Of a stretch of 64,000 nucleotides of DNA, positions 37,365 to 50,531 are shown in pieces. Both the position numbers and the translations under genes were made by a program. The notes beneath the pieces were generated by a model, which made no database searches, was not told the DNA's origin, and saw only the letters and a list, made by a program, of their open reading frames with translations. This DNA comes from Octopus vulgaris (Eukaryota): NCBI GenBank assembly GCA_951406725.2, contig OX597814.1, positions 33,914,001-33,978,000 of the forward strand, read 5' to 3'. Position 1 is the first letter of the stretch. Every line of letters begins with the position of its first letter.

Positions 37365-38558
37365 TGAGGGCCGGCTGAAAAGTTCATAGGTTGACCCCAC
37401 AGACTTCTATCAGTGTCGCAGTGCTTGGATTTCATTGCTCAGAAAAGACATCAGCAGTAGATATGACACCATCATCACTGTGAAATTGGTTCCCAGCCAT
37501 GTGTTTTGCATGTTGGGGAACAGACAATAGTGAGGGGCCAAATCAGGATAATAGGGAGGCTGATCAACCATTTCAAAGCCACAGTCATGCACAGCAGCCA
37601 TTGAAACTAACAACTTGTGTGTGCTGGATCATTGTTGATGAAATAAGACACCCTTTTCGTGAGATTTCCTTGGCATTTGGTCTTGATAGCCTTTAGTAAC
37701 TGTTTCAGCAAGTTGGTATAGTACTTTCCATTGATGGTGTGGCCCTTTTGAAGATGATTAATAAACATAACCCCTTTTGCATCCCCAAAAATTGAGAGTG
37801 CAACCTTCCCTGCAGATGAAACAACCTTGGCCTTCTTTGAAGCAGGCAAGGAGGTGTGTTTCCACTACATGAATTGTCTCTTTATCTTTGGCTCAAAGTG
37901 ATGTAGCCAACACTCATCCTGGGTTGGGAAATGTTCTAGGAAACCAACTGGATCCACCTCAAACAATGTCCAATTTTCCTGTGATGTGATCAACCTGGTG
38001 TGCTTTTGATCAGGTGTCAGAAGACGTGGCACCTGCTGAGCAGAAACCATCATGCTAAGTTCACTGTGTAGAATATTCTTAGTTTTCTCATGGGTTATGC
38101 TAATAGCGTTGGCTATTTGATTTATAGTCAATTGTCGGTCATCCATCACTATATGGTGAACATGATCAATGCTTTCAGTGGTGGTGGCAGTTGCAGGATG
38201 TCCAGACCTTGGGTATCTTCATGATGCTCCCTTCCTCTCCTAAATCCAGCTGGTCAATGTTGCACAATTAATAGAGCTGGAGCATCATCCCCTAATGTAG
38301 CAACTGAGTCAGCATGAATGTCCTTGGGGGCTAAACTCTTTTTCTGCAGGTACTTGATAACACCAAAATATCAAATTTTGTCCATTTACAGAAGTTGCTG
38401 CTAGTTATGTTTGAAGTCTTCCCTGAATAGTCAGATGTCAGTTTACCTGGGAAGAAACAATGCACTTATTAATTAGACGTGTTGAAATTAATGCATGCAA
38501 GATTTCATAGCTCTAACATCACTCCTTCACAATCAGCCTAGGAACTTTTCAGCCCCTG
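37365..38558 (-). mobile_element. Old mariner transposon, defective
   Basis: TIRs GGCTGAAAAGTTCATAGGTTGA / TCAGCCTAGGAACTTTTCAGCC; minus-strand ORF pieces VPRLLT, TQDECW, SAGKV, PPYYPDLAP. Confidence 0.85.
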
Positions 38559-39206
38559 CTTTTTCTCTCTCATCCTTTTGCTTTAGTTTTCTCTTTATCA
38601 GTAATTTTTGTTTCATTCACTCTCTCACAGTTTATTTGCCTTTTAGTCTTGCATGGAACAAAAAATATACCTAGAGCTGATAATCTGATAAAATGCATCC
38701 AGTACTCCATGTAAAGTGGTTAGCAAAGACAACATTGAGTGAAGAGGACTCTCTAGTCTTGTTGAGTATATGACAACCTTTGTCATGTTGATGCTGTAAA
38801 GTAGTTGGTGTTAGAAAGGTATCTAACTATAGAAACCATGCCAACATAGAACATGAGCAGCATGTGGTTCCTAACTTATCTAGGAGGGCAGTAATGCTAA
38901 ATAACCTGTGTGTGACCCATCCAGCATCAAAAGTTGATGTAAATTTATATATAATCATCATTTTTAACATCCACTTTTCTGTACTTGCATGGTGTAGATA
39001 AAATTTATTGACAGATTTTCTGCAACAAGATGCTTTTCCTGATGCCAACCATTATTTATTTCCTAGCAAGGTAATATTTGCCCTAATCCTTTGAAAATGA
39101 ATATTTCACTGACCAGACATGCTTTCATGGAAGATTGCACCTAAACACCAAACATGAACATACATATATGTACACAGTTATATATATATGTATATATATA
39201 TATATA

Positions 39207-39835
39207 TAGCAACGAATTGCCTTACCACATACCGAATTTAGAAATAGCAGTCAAAGGGTTATAGCTATTTCTTCTACTTGAGGCTTTTACATGCGAAGAC
39301 TACTTGGTGTAATTGATAATCATTCCAAATTAATTAATTTCACCCTTCATTATTACCGATAACCATATTTTATCTCAGTAGATGACCACAGCATCTTGTT
39401 TTGGCTACACGGGTGGGAAGGGGCTGGTGACACAATCTTTTCATTCACACTTTGAATTTGGTGATACTAGTTGCGGATTCTAGCTCGCTCTGATACTGAG
39501 TGGAGTTGGTGCCTTCTAGTATCTCAAAATTCAATATATAATCATTTATGATTATAGTATTCACGTGAAGAGAAAAGAAGTTTTGGGTAAGGTAGAATTA
39601 TTTAATATTTAATTCTTATGCTTTCTAAAACTTGATTTCGAAACGTCGTCCGTAGATAACTTAAAATTGTATGATAGATTGCCGTCTATTCATTCTCTCT
39701 TACCTGTTTGTGTCTGCCTTCCAATTGCTGTTTTTACTGAGATCTCCTTTTAGTAGAAGAAATAGCTATAACCCTTTGACTGCTATTTCTAAATTCGGTA
39801 TGTGGTAAGGCAATTCGTTGCTAAACCCTTTATTG
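39207..39835 (+). mobile_element. Penelope-like remnant bounded by a 72-bp perfect inverted repeat
   Basis: 39207-39278 is the reverse complement of 39752-39823; flanked by (TA)n; hammerhead-like core at 39561-39650. Confidence 0.6.
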
Positions 39836-39878
39836 CTTAGTATTACTTATATATATATATATATACATATATGTACAC

Positions 39879-39952
<74 letters not shown>

Positions 39953-40226
39953 AAAAAAGTTTGAAAATGCTACTATATAAGATAAATTTTAATTTTCTTA
40001 GAAATTTTACACGTTTTGGTTCTTCTTGAAAAAACGAACCTTATCAAAAATATTTATAAAAGTTAAGTGTAATAAAAAAGTTCATAATTGTTTCTTACTA
40101 GTCTCAACAGAATCCACGAGGTGGTTTTTTTGTGGGGGAGAGCATAATAGCTGTCTTGTGTGTTGACTAAAGTTGGGGAAATGATCAGTGGCCAAAATAG
40201 CAGTAGTAGTAGTGTATATATGTATA

Positions 40227-40262
<36 letters not shown>

Positions 40263-40316
40263 TATGTCACTGGTCACTCTATGAGCAGACTTCACGCTTT
40301 AATATATATATTTTTT

Positions 40317-40703
40317 CTTTTACTTGTTTCAGTCATTTGACTGTGGCCATGCTGGAGCACCACCTTTAGTCAAGCAAATCGACCCCAGGACTTATTCTTT
40401 GGAAGCCTAGTACTTATTCTATCGGTTCTTTTGCTGAACCTCTAAGTTACAGGGAAGTAAACACACCACCATCGGTTGTCAAGTGATGTTGGGGAGACAG
40501 ACAGAGAGACACACAAACATATACACACATACATATATACAACGGGCTTCTTTCAGTTCCCGTCTACCAAATCTACTCACAAGGCTTTGGTCGGCTCGAG
40601 GCTATAGTAGAAGACACTTGCCCAAGGTGCCACACAGTTGGAATGAACCTGGAATCATGTGGTTGGTAAGTAAGCTACTTACTACACAGCCACTCCTGCG
40701 CCT
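40317..40703 (-). mobile_element. SINE family A copy
   Basis: Reverse complement of 3643-4027. Confidence 0.9.
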
Positions 40704-40719
40704 ATATATATATATAATC

Positions 40720-40875
40720 AAGGAATTCAAGATGGGTTGGCCCTGAGAGTTCCTTTATGCTGATGACCTGGCCCTCATAGCAGAATCACTACCGGAACTA
40801 GAAAAGAAATTTCAGGTGTGGAAGCTAGGTTTAGAATCAAAAGGCCTTAGAGTAAATGTAGCAAAGACCAAAGTT
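40720..40875 (+). mobile_element. RTE-X RT fragment
   Basis: Near-identical to 58587-58740 (YADDLALIAES). Confidence 0.85.
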
Positions 40876-41198
40876 TTGCGGTGCAGTTTAACCAAAATCG
40901 GGTATCTTATAGTCGTGATTCATATCGAGCCCTTCTGGGTATTAGCGCGCGTCTACGATGAGTCTACGATTTTAAAAAAAAATTACCATCAATCTTTCCC
41001 ATTTTAATGCATTTTTTGCATATATAAGGGAAGTAACTCTCTAAAAGTTTATTATTAAATCTCAGAACGTAAAAAGCTACAGTAACCCCCCCCTTTGTGG
41101 TTGACCATATTGAGATAGCTATTATACTTTACATCTCTAAAAATGCTTATATAGTTATTTCCCTTACAAACCCGAGCAACGCCGGGCGATACTGCTAG
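40875..41198 (+). mobile_element. Non-autonomous Helitron, 5'-truncated
   Basis: 3' hairpin CCCGAGCAACGCCGGG then CTAG|T; homologous to 44914-45380. Confidence 0.85.
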
Positions 41199-41438
41199 TA
41201 TTCAATAAAGTAAGTTAATAGCTTTGATAACTATTATTTTGTAATTTAATTTAGTATTAGCTTACTAATTTTATAAAGAATAACAAGGCGTTAAAATATT
41301 AACTAAGATACACAGACACTGTTGAGTGAAAATTTGATTTCGTTTCGTTTAAGCACCATTTCAGATATTAAATAAACAAAATGGCAGCTCCCATGCACTT
41401 TTAAATTTTCAGGTTATGGTGTTTATATTTTACAGCTA

Positions 41439-41764
41439 ATGATGTCTTCGACCAGTAAGCGCTCGTCTCGATCAAGATCTCCTTCTACACGAAACTGGGA
41501 CAGCCCGAAGTCCAACAAACACAAAACACCCCGACATGACAGTAAAATCGGTAGTCATCATTTTTCTAAGAAACACCGTACATCACACGATGACTCTGAA
41601 GAAAAGAGCACCAGTGGTAGAAGTTCTTCAAAGAAATTATCAAAGCATCCCAAATCACCGCCTGATAGAATTCTTAAACGAAAACGGAGTTCCAGCAGAA
41701 GCAGTTCCTGTAGTAGTGATGTAGGTAATTTTAAAAGATCGAAGAAAAGCAGCAAAAAATCGAG
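41439..41764 (+). CDS. ARL6IP4: ARL6IP4 (SRp25) coding exon 1, Ser/Arg/Lys-rich
   Basis: MMSSTSKRSSRSRSP..; donor AG|GTGATT, phase 2, matches the next acceptor; start codon inferred. Confidence 0.8.
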
Positions 41765-43382
41765 GTGATTTACTTCTATTTCATACTATAGCGATGATCT
41801 TGGGTTTTAGCTAACCTCATATATATGTCTCTAGATCCGAAGATCGTCAATATTTTAATATCTCAAGATAATCCATTTCCATAATGGCCTTATAGTTATT
41901 GTTGTACTTCATATTCTCCAAGTTTTTTGCCAGTAATTTGCTGAATGCTGCATACAACAATATTAAGTGTTTATAGGATAGTAGTTCACACCTCTTTTTT
42001 TTTCATGCCATTTTTTTTTTCATCATATCTCAGGATGTTATTCCTGCCTTTCTACAATTGTCTGGAGCCAAGAGGTGCATTCAAAACAAACCGGTGACAC
42101 ACATCAGTTTTGTAGACTGTGGATAGTATTTGTGAATGACGCTGAAAATGATATGTAGGAAAATTACATACCGTCTTGAAAAACCAAGTTCAATTAACTG
42201 TGATAATGCTTGCAGTTAGACGTTCCTTTAGAAATGTTCGAAAAAACAAAATTAACAAGCAAGGGAGAGAACTCTAATACCAGCTAACAGAACTGAAAAT
42301 GAGAACCATGCAGTTTCTACCTGCAAACGTAACTGCTTAAGCAACATATTTTAGTCTTAGATCTCATCAGTGAATCATGTTCGCCTCAGTTTACAGAGCT
42401 TAAGAGATGATCAATTTATCTGATTCCTCTTATACTCAGACGCCCTATATTAACCCTCAGTTTTTGTCTCAACACATTTGTATCATATCGTTAAGGCACA
42501 TTAACAGTGTGCACCCAACGAAGCATGCTTGCTTCATTTCTCTCTTGTTTACTCAAATCTTCTGCGTTCAAAACGCATATCTCACATGCATGCAATATCC
42601 CCGTTCCAACACAAGTTTCATACAATGTACTTTTCATTGAAGGAAAAGACCTTTGTTGGGCTTTCTCCAGGCTGCTGTACTTTCAGAGCAACCACGTCCT
42701 CAGTTAACTACATCTCGTATGTAACAAAAACCACCAACTACTTCTAATTCGTCATCTTGGCATTTAAGAGAATCTGTATTTGGTGTGCTTATAATACTTA
42801 CTGCTCCAACGCATCTATCACATATAAAGCTTATATTTTGTTATTTTTGCCCTGCGATTCTACTACATCTCGTGTACTCATAGCTTACAATGGACACAAT
42901 GTATATACTACAAATGTTGTTTAACTTCTTGATTCCAGAGTCATATGAAAAAACTTTACTTCAAATAACACACTGATATCTTCTTTGATGATAAGTATGA
43001 ATCATCATTCTTTCTTTTCAAGAAGCACATTCCTTGAATGTGCAAGAGTAAGTGAAAGAAATATTTCCGCACATACAAGAAATGTTCAGTAAACCTTATT
43101 ATCATTGATTAAATTAAAAGTAGACATCAGTTCTGCAGAATGTACATAATCTACCTTATTGAATATTGGTTTTCTAAAACCTGCCTCAATGAATTCCATT
43201 TCACCCATGCAATGACAACAATTCTTTTTGTAGTAACAAATTCCAAATTTTGCCAGAACTATCTTTGAATAACAAAATTATAATGTCTTAAGTGCTAAAA
43301 ATATATTCATAAGGAAATACAACATTTGTTCATATATCTCAATTGGTCTGTTATACAACAGTAGTAACCATTCTTGTTTTTT

Positions 43383-43645
43383 TCACCTCCGTGCCAGTGG
43401 CCTGTAAAAAGCACCATCCGATCGTGGCCGATTGCCTGCCTCGCCTGGCCTCTGTGCCGGTGGCACGTAAAAAGCACCCACTACACTCATGGAGTGGTTG
43501 GCGTTAGGAAGGGCATCCAGCCGTAGAAACATTGCCAGATCAGACTGGGCCTGGTGCAGCCTTCTGGCTTCCCAGACCCCAGTTGTACCGTCCAACCCAT
43601 GCCAGCATGGAAAGCGGACGCTAAACGACGATGATGATGATGATG
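43383..43645 (+). mobile_element. RTE 3' UTR fragment (intronic)
   Basis: Same 3' end and (GAT)n tail as 57971-60214. Confidence 0.85.
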
Positions 43646-43795
43646 CATGGCTCCATGGCAATGTACGTATAAAAATGTAGAAAAAACAAACAAACAAAAG
43701 AGAAAATCATAAAAGGAATGAAATAAGTGTGAAAAGGGTTAAATTGATATTTTAATGAACTTTCAATATTTTAATTCTGCGCATTTGCTTTTTAG

Positions 43796-44016
43796 CCACC
43801 ATGATTCTTCGGAACAGAAAAAGAAGCATAAAAAACATAAGAAAGAAAAGAAAAAGAAAAAAAAGAAAAAGAAGAAGCATAAAAAATTGGACAAGTCTTC
43901 AGGTGATGAGAAAGTGTCAACTGGCAAAGAAGATGTACACAGCCCTCTGAAAACAACTGAGAAAGTTACATCGCTGCAACCTGCTTCCAAAGTTAAAGAA
44001 TCCATGACAAATGAAC
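43796..44016 (+). CDS. ARL6IP4: ARL6IP4 coding exon 2 (poly-Lys)
   Basis: Acceptor TTTTAG|C, donor C|GTGAGC; phases 2 and 1 fit the neighbours. Confidence 0.85.
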
Positions 44017-44123
44017 GTGAGCTATTTGTATCTGATATTTGTATTTCTTAATGATTTCATCTGATTTATCAGATTAAAGTGTATATTAGCTTGTCTTCAT
44101 AACCATTTAGTATATTTTGAAAT

Positions 44124-44514
44124 TTAAGGGAGGAAGCACTCCGTCGGTTACGACGACGAGGGTTCCGGTTGATCCGATCAACGGAACAGCCAGCTCGTGA
44201 AATTAACGTGTAAGTGGCTGAGCACTCCACAGGCATGTGTACCCTTAACGTAGTTCTCGGGGATATTCAGCGTGACACAGTGAGTGACAAGGCCGGCCCT
44301 TTGAAATACAGGTACAACAGAAACAGGAAGTAAGAGTGAGAGAAAGTTGTGGTGAAAGAGTACAGCAGGGATCACCACCATCCCTGCCGGAGCCTCGTGG
44401 TGCTTTTAGGTGTTTTTGCTCAATAAACACTCACAACGCCCGGTCTGAGAATCGAAACCACGATCCTACGACCGCGAATCCGCTGCCCTAACCACTGGGC
44501 CATTGCGCCTCCAC
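44124..44514 (-). mobile_element. Full-length tRNA-derived SINE family D
   Basis: 12-bp TSD ATATTTTGAAAT at 44112-23 and 44515-26; minus-strand head TGGCCCAGTGG..GGTTTCGATTC. Confidence 0.9.
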
Positions 44515-44913
44515 ATATTTTGAAATATACCACAGTGGAACAGCCAGTTCTTGGTAAACCAAATGGTATACCATTTCAATTCTCACTTGAAACTGTTTTA
44601 GTCATTTTTATGATACCGAAGAAAGGCATGAACGTCTCAACTTTCCATTTTCTCATCTCTATAAATCACTTTGTGATATTTTTTAACCTTACTATATCCT
44701 TGTTAAGTACTGATACATCTTATATTGAAATGCTATAACCATTTCGACTAACTCCAGTTTGAGCTTAGTTGCATCGGTAAAGGATATCATTTAGATGAGT
44801 ACTATCAAGAGGCTATAAGTAAATAAAGGGCATTAGACTTGAAGCAGTAAAATTTTGCATTAAACTTTCACTCAAAATAATTCAAGTGAAACTGTTCTCA
44901 GTTTATAATGGAA

Positions 44914-45380
44914 CTAGCAGTATCGCCCGGCGTTGCTCGGGTTTGTAAGGGAAATAACTATATAAGCATTTTTAGAGAGTTATAGCCAAAAAAATGCATT
45001 AAAAATGGAAAAAAAATGATGGTAATTTTTTTTTTAAATCGTTGACTCATCGTAGACATTTTTAGAGAGTTACTTCCCTTATATAATAGCGAAAAAATGC
45101 ATTAAAAATGGGAAAAAAATGATGGAAAATTTTTTTTTAAATCATTGACTCATCGTAGACATTTTTAGAGAGTTACTTCCCTTATATAATAGCGAAAAAA
45201 TGATGGTAAATTATTTTTAAAATCGTAGACTCATCATAGATGCGCGCTAATACCCAGAAGGGCTCGATATGAATCACGACTATAAGATACTATTGGTTAA
45301 ACTGCACCGCAAAATGTGGGAGTAGTTAGGAATCTAAATCGTAGGAGACAGACACACAACTTCACTTTTATATATAAAGA
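44914..45380 (-). mobile_element. Complete non-autonomous Helitron
   Basis: Minus strand A|TC...hairpin..CTAG|T with no TSD; internal ~104-bp tandem repeats. Confidence 0.92.
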
Positions 45381-45617
45381 TACTAATATATCTTAGCACA
45401 TGTAAGAAGTTACATTGAAATGCAGTACAGGTAAATCTTAGAAAAAAATGATGTAAAACTTTACAACACAACAAAGCTTTTAAAGCTATTTCCTTGTGTA
45501 AATTGGGGTTAGCTATCTGGGTGTCCCATAACAACCCTCTCTATTTTCCTCTTATTGTATACACTGGTAACAAATATTGGAAAAAATGTCTGAGTTATTT
45601 CAATGAATGTAAGAGCA

Positions 45618-47423
45618 TAGTTAGTTAGTTAGTTAATTTGGCTCAAAAGCAAATAGCAAGGCCATGTAGGGGGACATGGAGTTAAGTACAGGGTGGTGTT
45701 CATGTAAAGAGTTCAGGCCACTTGAGGTCCAGGGAGGCTTTGAACAAAGCGGTCGTCGGCATCTTCACCATCTCGTCTGGCAGCTTGTTCCACGGATCCG
45801 CAACCCGGACGGAGAAAGCTCCTCTCCTTCGATTGAGATGAAATCGTCGCAGGTAGAGCTTTTCGGAATGACCCCACAGCCGACGCTCCGGAGCAGGAGT
45901 GAAGAACAGCTCTTTCGAGAGGTTACACTTCCCGCTTATGATGTGGGCGAGAATGAGATCACCACGGCGGCGGCGTTTTCAAGAGAATAAAGGTCGAGCG
46001 TCCTCAGCCTTTCTTCGTAGAACAAATTTTTGAGACCATGAACCATGCGGGTAGCCAGCCTCTGGACTCTTTCGAGGTGCTGTATGTCTTTGAGGAGATA
46101 AGGAGAAGAGGCTTGAAACCCATACTCCAATATGGGTCTCACCAGCGTGACATAGAGTGGCAGGAATATGGCTGCTGTGAGCATTCCGAATGACCGTCGA
46201 ATCAAAAACAGAATTCCGCGCGCTTTGTTGGCAGCATGGACGCACTGGGCCGAAGGCGAAAAGGAGGAATCCACCAAGATACCTAGGTCCTTTACCTGAT
46301 CGGTCCTCTCCAGCAGCAGACGACCCGGCTCGAAATCAAGTTGAGTTGCAGGAGTAGAGCCGACAGGCAGATGACAGCACTTTGACACGTTCAGACACAG
46401 GTCCCAAATTTGGTGGAGGCATCGACGAAGATCCTCTATACTACCGCGAGGAGCGACCAGTTTGATATCGTCGGCAAATAGAAGGGTGTGTTGCGTGAGG
46501 TCGTCGGGCAAGTCATTTATGAAGACTAAGAACAACAAGGGCCCAAGCACTGAACCTTGAGGCACGCCACTGCTCGCACTGGAGACGTCGGACCGCGAAC
46601 CATTAACTTGAACTTGGAAGGAGCGATCTGAGAAGAAGGCACCAACCCATCGTACAATATCCGGATGGAAACTATATGCTTGAAGCTTGACAAGTAGTAG
46701 GCGGTGGTTTACCGAGTCAAAAGCTTTGGCAAAGTCCAATAAAACGATGTCAACAGCATCACTATCATCGAGGATGCGCGTCACCAATTCTTCCATTACT
46801 AGTAAGTTGGTCAAGCATGATCTCTTCGGCACGAAGCCGTGTTGGGAATCAGTGATCGAGGCTGTGTTTAGGAGGTGGAGCATCATACTTTTCTTAAGGA
46901 TGGTTTCGAACATCTTGCTGATTATTGATGTAAGGGAAACCGGTCGGTAGTTAAGCGGGTCTTCGCGGCTCCCTTTCTTGAAAATTGGGCAGATTATCGC
47001 TGTTCTCCAGTCTGCAGGTATAACACCCGTCGCCAATGACATATTGAATAGTCGTGTTAAGGGCTCGCAGATGACCGGAGCCAACGCTTTGATAACCCGT
47101 GGGTGTATGCCGTCAGGGCCGTGACCCTTGTTGACATCGAGGCCTTGAATAACACGTTTGACTTGGTCCCGCGTGATGATCAATCGAAGCATTGGATGTA
47201 CTGATCTATCAAATGGAGGGGGTTCACGACCATCATCTTGTTTGAAAATAGTTGAAAAAGCCTCAGCAAATAATTGACTCTGTTGATAAGGGTCCTCAAT
47301 CGATACGCCTGTTGAGTCTACCAACGTTGCAATCTGGTTGTTCAAGCGGGAATTCCGCTGGACATGGGCAAAGAAGGTTTTTGGATTGCTACTGGCATTT
47401 GCCGCGATTTTGTATTCATAACT
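45618..47423 (-). mobile_element. CR1-group LINE, 5'-truncated, RT domain nearly intact
   Basis: ORF 45936-47345 has NYRPVSLTS, DFAKAFD, GVPQGSVLGP and FADD; frameshift near the C-terminus; (TAAC)n 3' tail. Confidence 0.92.
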
Positions 47424-47585
47424 GAATACAAATAGCTTTTAAATATATTCTTAACGTTCTATCTTAAACTATTGGAATGATTTAATATTATTTTTATTAT
47501 CAACATATGAAATTAAGTTGATGTCAAACTGAGTTTGCAAACTTGCTTTAAAATTGTTTTGCAATTATATATTTGTTAGTTTTGT

Positions 47586-47875
47586 CAAGCGAGGTCATTG
47601 CCAGTGCCACTGGACTGGCTCCTGTGCAGGTGGCACGTAAAAAACACCATTTGAACGTAGCTGTTCCCAGTACTGCCTGACTGGCCCTCATGCTGGTGGC
47701 ACGTAAAAGTACCCACTACACTCTCCGAGTGGTTGGTGTTAAGAAGGGCATCCAGCTTTAGAAACTCTGCCAGATCAGATTGGAGCCTGGTGTAGCCATC
47801 TGGCTCGCCAGTCTTCAGTCAAACCGTCCAACCCATGCCAGCATGGAAAGCGGACGTAAAACGATGATGATGATT
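47586..47875 (+). mobile_element. RTE 3' UTR fragment
   Basis: Colinear with 19040-19335. Confidence 0.85.
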
Positions 47876-48034
47876 ATTATTATCACTCAGATCTACTCAA
47901 CTTTATTGTCAAGGCCAACATTGTATTTTTCCTTTTGTAGGTCTATGAATAACTGTCAGTTATACAATTAATGGGATTCAATCAACTTAACCATTGTACT
48001 TTGTCAAAAATTTCTCCTTATTTTTACATTTCAG

Positions 48035-48152
48035 ATACTTTATCAGCACCAGGCCCTAGCCCACGTATACTGAAACCTATGACAAAAGAAGAATGGGAAA
48101 AACAGCAAAGTGTGATCCGACGTGTCTATGATCCTACAACTGGACGGAATAG
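48035..48152 (+). CDS. ARL6IP4: ARL6IP4 coding exon 3
   Basis: TTTCAG|AT..; encodes [26 protein letters not shown], the conserved ARL6IP4 C-terminal domain; donor AG|GTAGTT. Confidence 0.93.
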
Positions 48153-48611
48153 GTAGTTATGTAAAATAAAACTTTAAGGATCTCTTTTATGCCATTTTAG
48201 TTGCAAGTATTGTACACAACGAGTACTTGTTGGGGTTTAGTTGAAATTAAATTTATAATGCAGAGATAAGTCACCAGTTTCTCTTCATAAGAGAAGAGTT
48301 GTTATATATTAGCATCATATTAATATAATCCTATATTATCATTTATATAATTTATACAATTTTTTCTTTGTGTAATTATAAATTAATGAAAAGTAAACAA
48401 ATCAAAATCGCTGATGTGGCCGATGACAGTACCGCCTGATTGTCACTCGTGCCTGTAGAACAATAAAAGCACATACGAGCATGATCATTGCCAGGGCCAC
48501 GGAGTGGCTCCGGTGCCGGTGACATGTGAAAAGCACCATTGTTATATTATAATATAAATAGATTGTTAGTTTGTCAATTGAATCTCTCTATTTAATTTAT
48601 ATATATATATA

Positions 48612-48900
48612 TCACGTGATATCACGTGACCGACCAACCAGCAGATGTTGCTACACATCGCTGGTCACAATGCGCTTCACATTGTTTTAGCCTTCGAATG
48701 ACGCCACCCCGCTGGCTAAGCGAGCAGGCCAACAGAGGAAAGAGAGAAAGAGTGGTGAAAGAGTACAGCAGGGATCACCACCCCCTGCCGGAGCGTCGTG
48801 GAGCTTTTAGGTGTTTTTGCTCAATAAACACTCACAACGCCTGGTCTGGGAATCGAAACCGCGAGTCCGCTGCCCTAACCACTGGGCCATTGCGCCTCCA
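48612..48900 (-). mobile_element. SINE sharing the family D head with a different 3' part
   Basis: 48750-48900 matches 44350-44514; the remainder differs. Confidence 0.8.
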
Positions 48901-49141
48901 TATATATACAGACATATATATATGTTAGTTAGTTTGCTCATATATGAGACTAATACTCAAAATGTAATAGAAGTTACAGAATTATAAATTGAAATAAATG
49001 AAGGTAACATCTCAACTGAGATTAGATTTGATAAAAAAATTATTTCAATCACAAAACTTAAATTTTTAAATGCATAGTATAATAGATATAATAGTAATCA
49101 AGTCTACACAATGATTTAACAAATTTTTCTCTTTAAAATAG

Positions 49142-49211
49142 GCTTGTAAAGGGAGATGGAGAAATCCTTGAAGAAATTGTTAGTAAAGAAAGACATCAAC
49201 AAATAAATAAG
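49142..49211 (+). CDS. ARL6IP4: ARL6IP4 coding exon 4
   Basis: ATAG|G; encodes LVKGDGEILEEIVSKERHQQINK; donor AAG|GTAAGC. Confidence 0.95.
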
Positions 49212-49319
49212 GTAAGCTTTTTTGCATACCACTTGAAATTAGAATATCAGCACGAAGGCGGTGCTCCAGCATGGTCATGGTCAAATGACTGAAACAAGTA
49301 AATGAATAGAATAAAAAAT

Positions 49320-49859
49320 CCTATGACTAGCACCTGGCAGATGCCAGGGCCCTGGGACTGGAGGTACGTAAAGAGCACTATCCGAATTGTGGCCAATGCC
49401 AGCGCCACCTCGACTGGCTTCCGTGTCGGTGGCACGTAAAAAGCACCATCCGAATCGTAGCCGAAGCCAGTGCCGCCTCGACTGGCTTCCATAAAATGCA
49501 CCATCCGAATTGTGGCCGATGCCAGCTCCGCCTTGACTGGCATCTGTGTCGGTGGCACGTAAAAAGCACCATCCAAATCGTAGCCGAAGCCAGTGCCGCC
49601 TTGACTGGCTTCCATAAAATGCACCAATCCGACCGTGGCCGATGCCAGCCTCGCCTGGCACCAATGCAGGTGGCACGTAAAAAACACCCACTACATTCAC
49701 GGAGTGGTTGGCGTTAGGAAGGGCATCCAGCTGTAGAAACATTGCCAGATAAGACCGGAGCCTGGTGCAGCCTTCTGGCTTCCCAGATCCCCGGTCGAAC
49801 CGTCCAACCCATGCTAGCATGGAGAACGGACGTTAAACGATGATGATGATGATGATGAT
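49320..49859 (+). mobile_element. RTE 3' UTR fragment with expanded ~55-60-bp internal repeats
   Basis: Repeated GCACCATCCGAAT..GCC..GACTGGC units; (GAT)n tail. Confidence 0.85.
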
Positions 49860-49990
49860 CTTCAGTAATATTTTTACCTTTGTAAAACATGTATTTAACT
49901 GATGAACAGCCAGCAGTATATCTTACTGCTACTTCAAGAAATTGAAACTCCTTTATAATGGAGTATCAGAAATAGTAGTCATATTATATG

Positions 49991-50218
49991 GAGAGAATTC
50001 ACAAAAAAACAAAAAACAAAAGACGAAGACAGGTGGTGTAGACAACAAACAGCTGTATTAGTTTAACGCTTGGGAAGTGAAAACGTCTTAAACATTTCGA
50101 GCCTACGCTCTTCCACAGAAAGGAACACAAAAAGGAGTGAAAATAAAGAATGTGTAGTGGCTAGTGATCTATTATGGTGAATGCTGGACAGAGGGGTCAC
50201 ACAGGAGAGTTCATATTA
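49991..50218 (-). mobile_element. Short retroposed insert with a degenerate hammerhead-like core
   Basis: 15-bp flanking duplication TAGTCATATTATATG at 49976-90 and 50219-33. Confidence 0.6.
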
Positions 50219-50531
50219 TAGTCATATTATATGCCTTATAGTATTTTCCTATGTTCTTTGTGCAACTCCTGTTGTTCTTGATTTTACCTTTCATTCATGT
50301 ATTGGGTTAATAAAATTGACAATATCCTCCTCCTGGAAATTTGTGATGTATGCATGAAATCCTTATTATCTGAATATGCAAAATGATAGGATGGTCAAGG
50401 ACAAAATGCCTTTGATCATAGATCTGCTTGAACAGGAATGATTGAAGCTAAAACATCAACAACTTTGCTTCCCAGTTGCTGGAGCACTGCCTTTAGTCGA
50501 AAAAATTGACCCCAGGACTTATTCTTTGTAA

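Noticed and set aside
44440-44514. tRNA genes at A/B-box sites (also 3643, 33077, 50797, 54199)
   Set aside because: No complete cloverleaf; each continues into a repeated SINE body.
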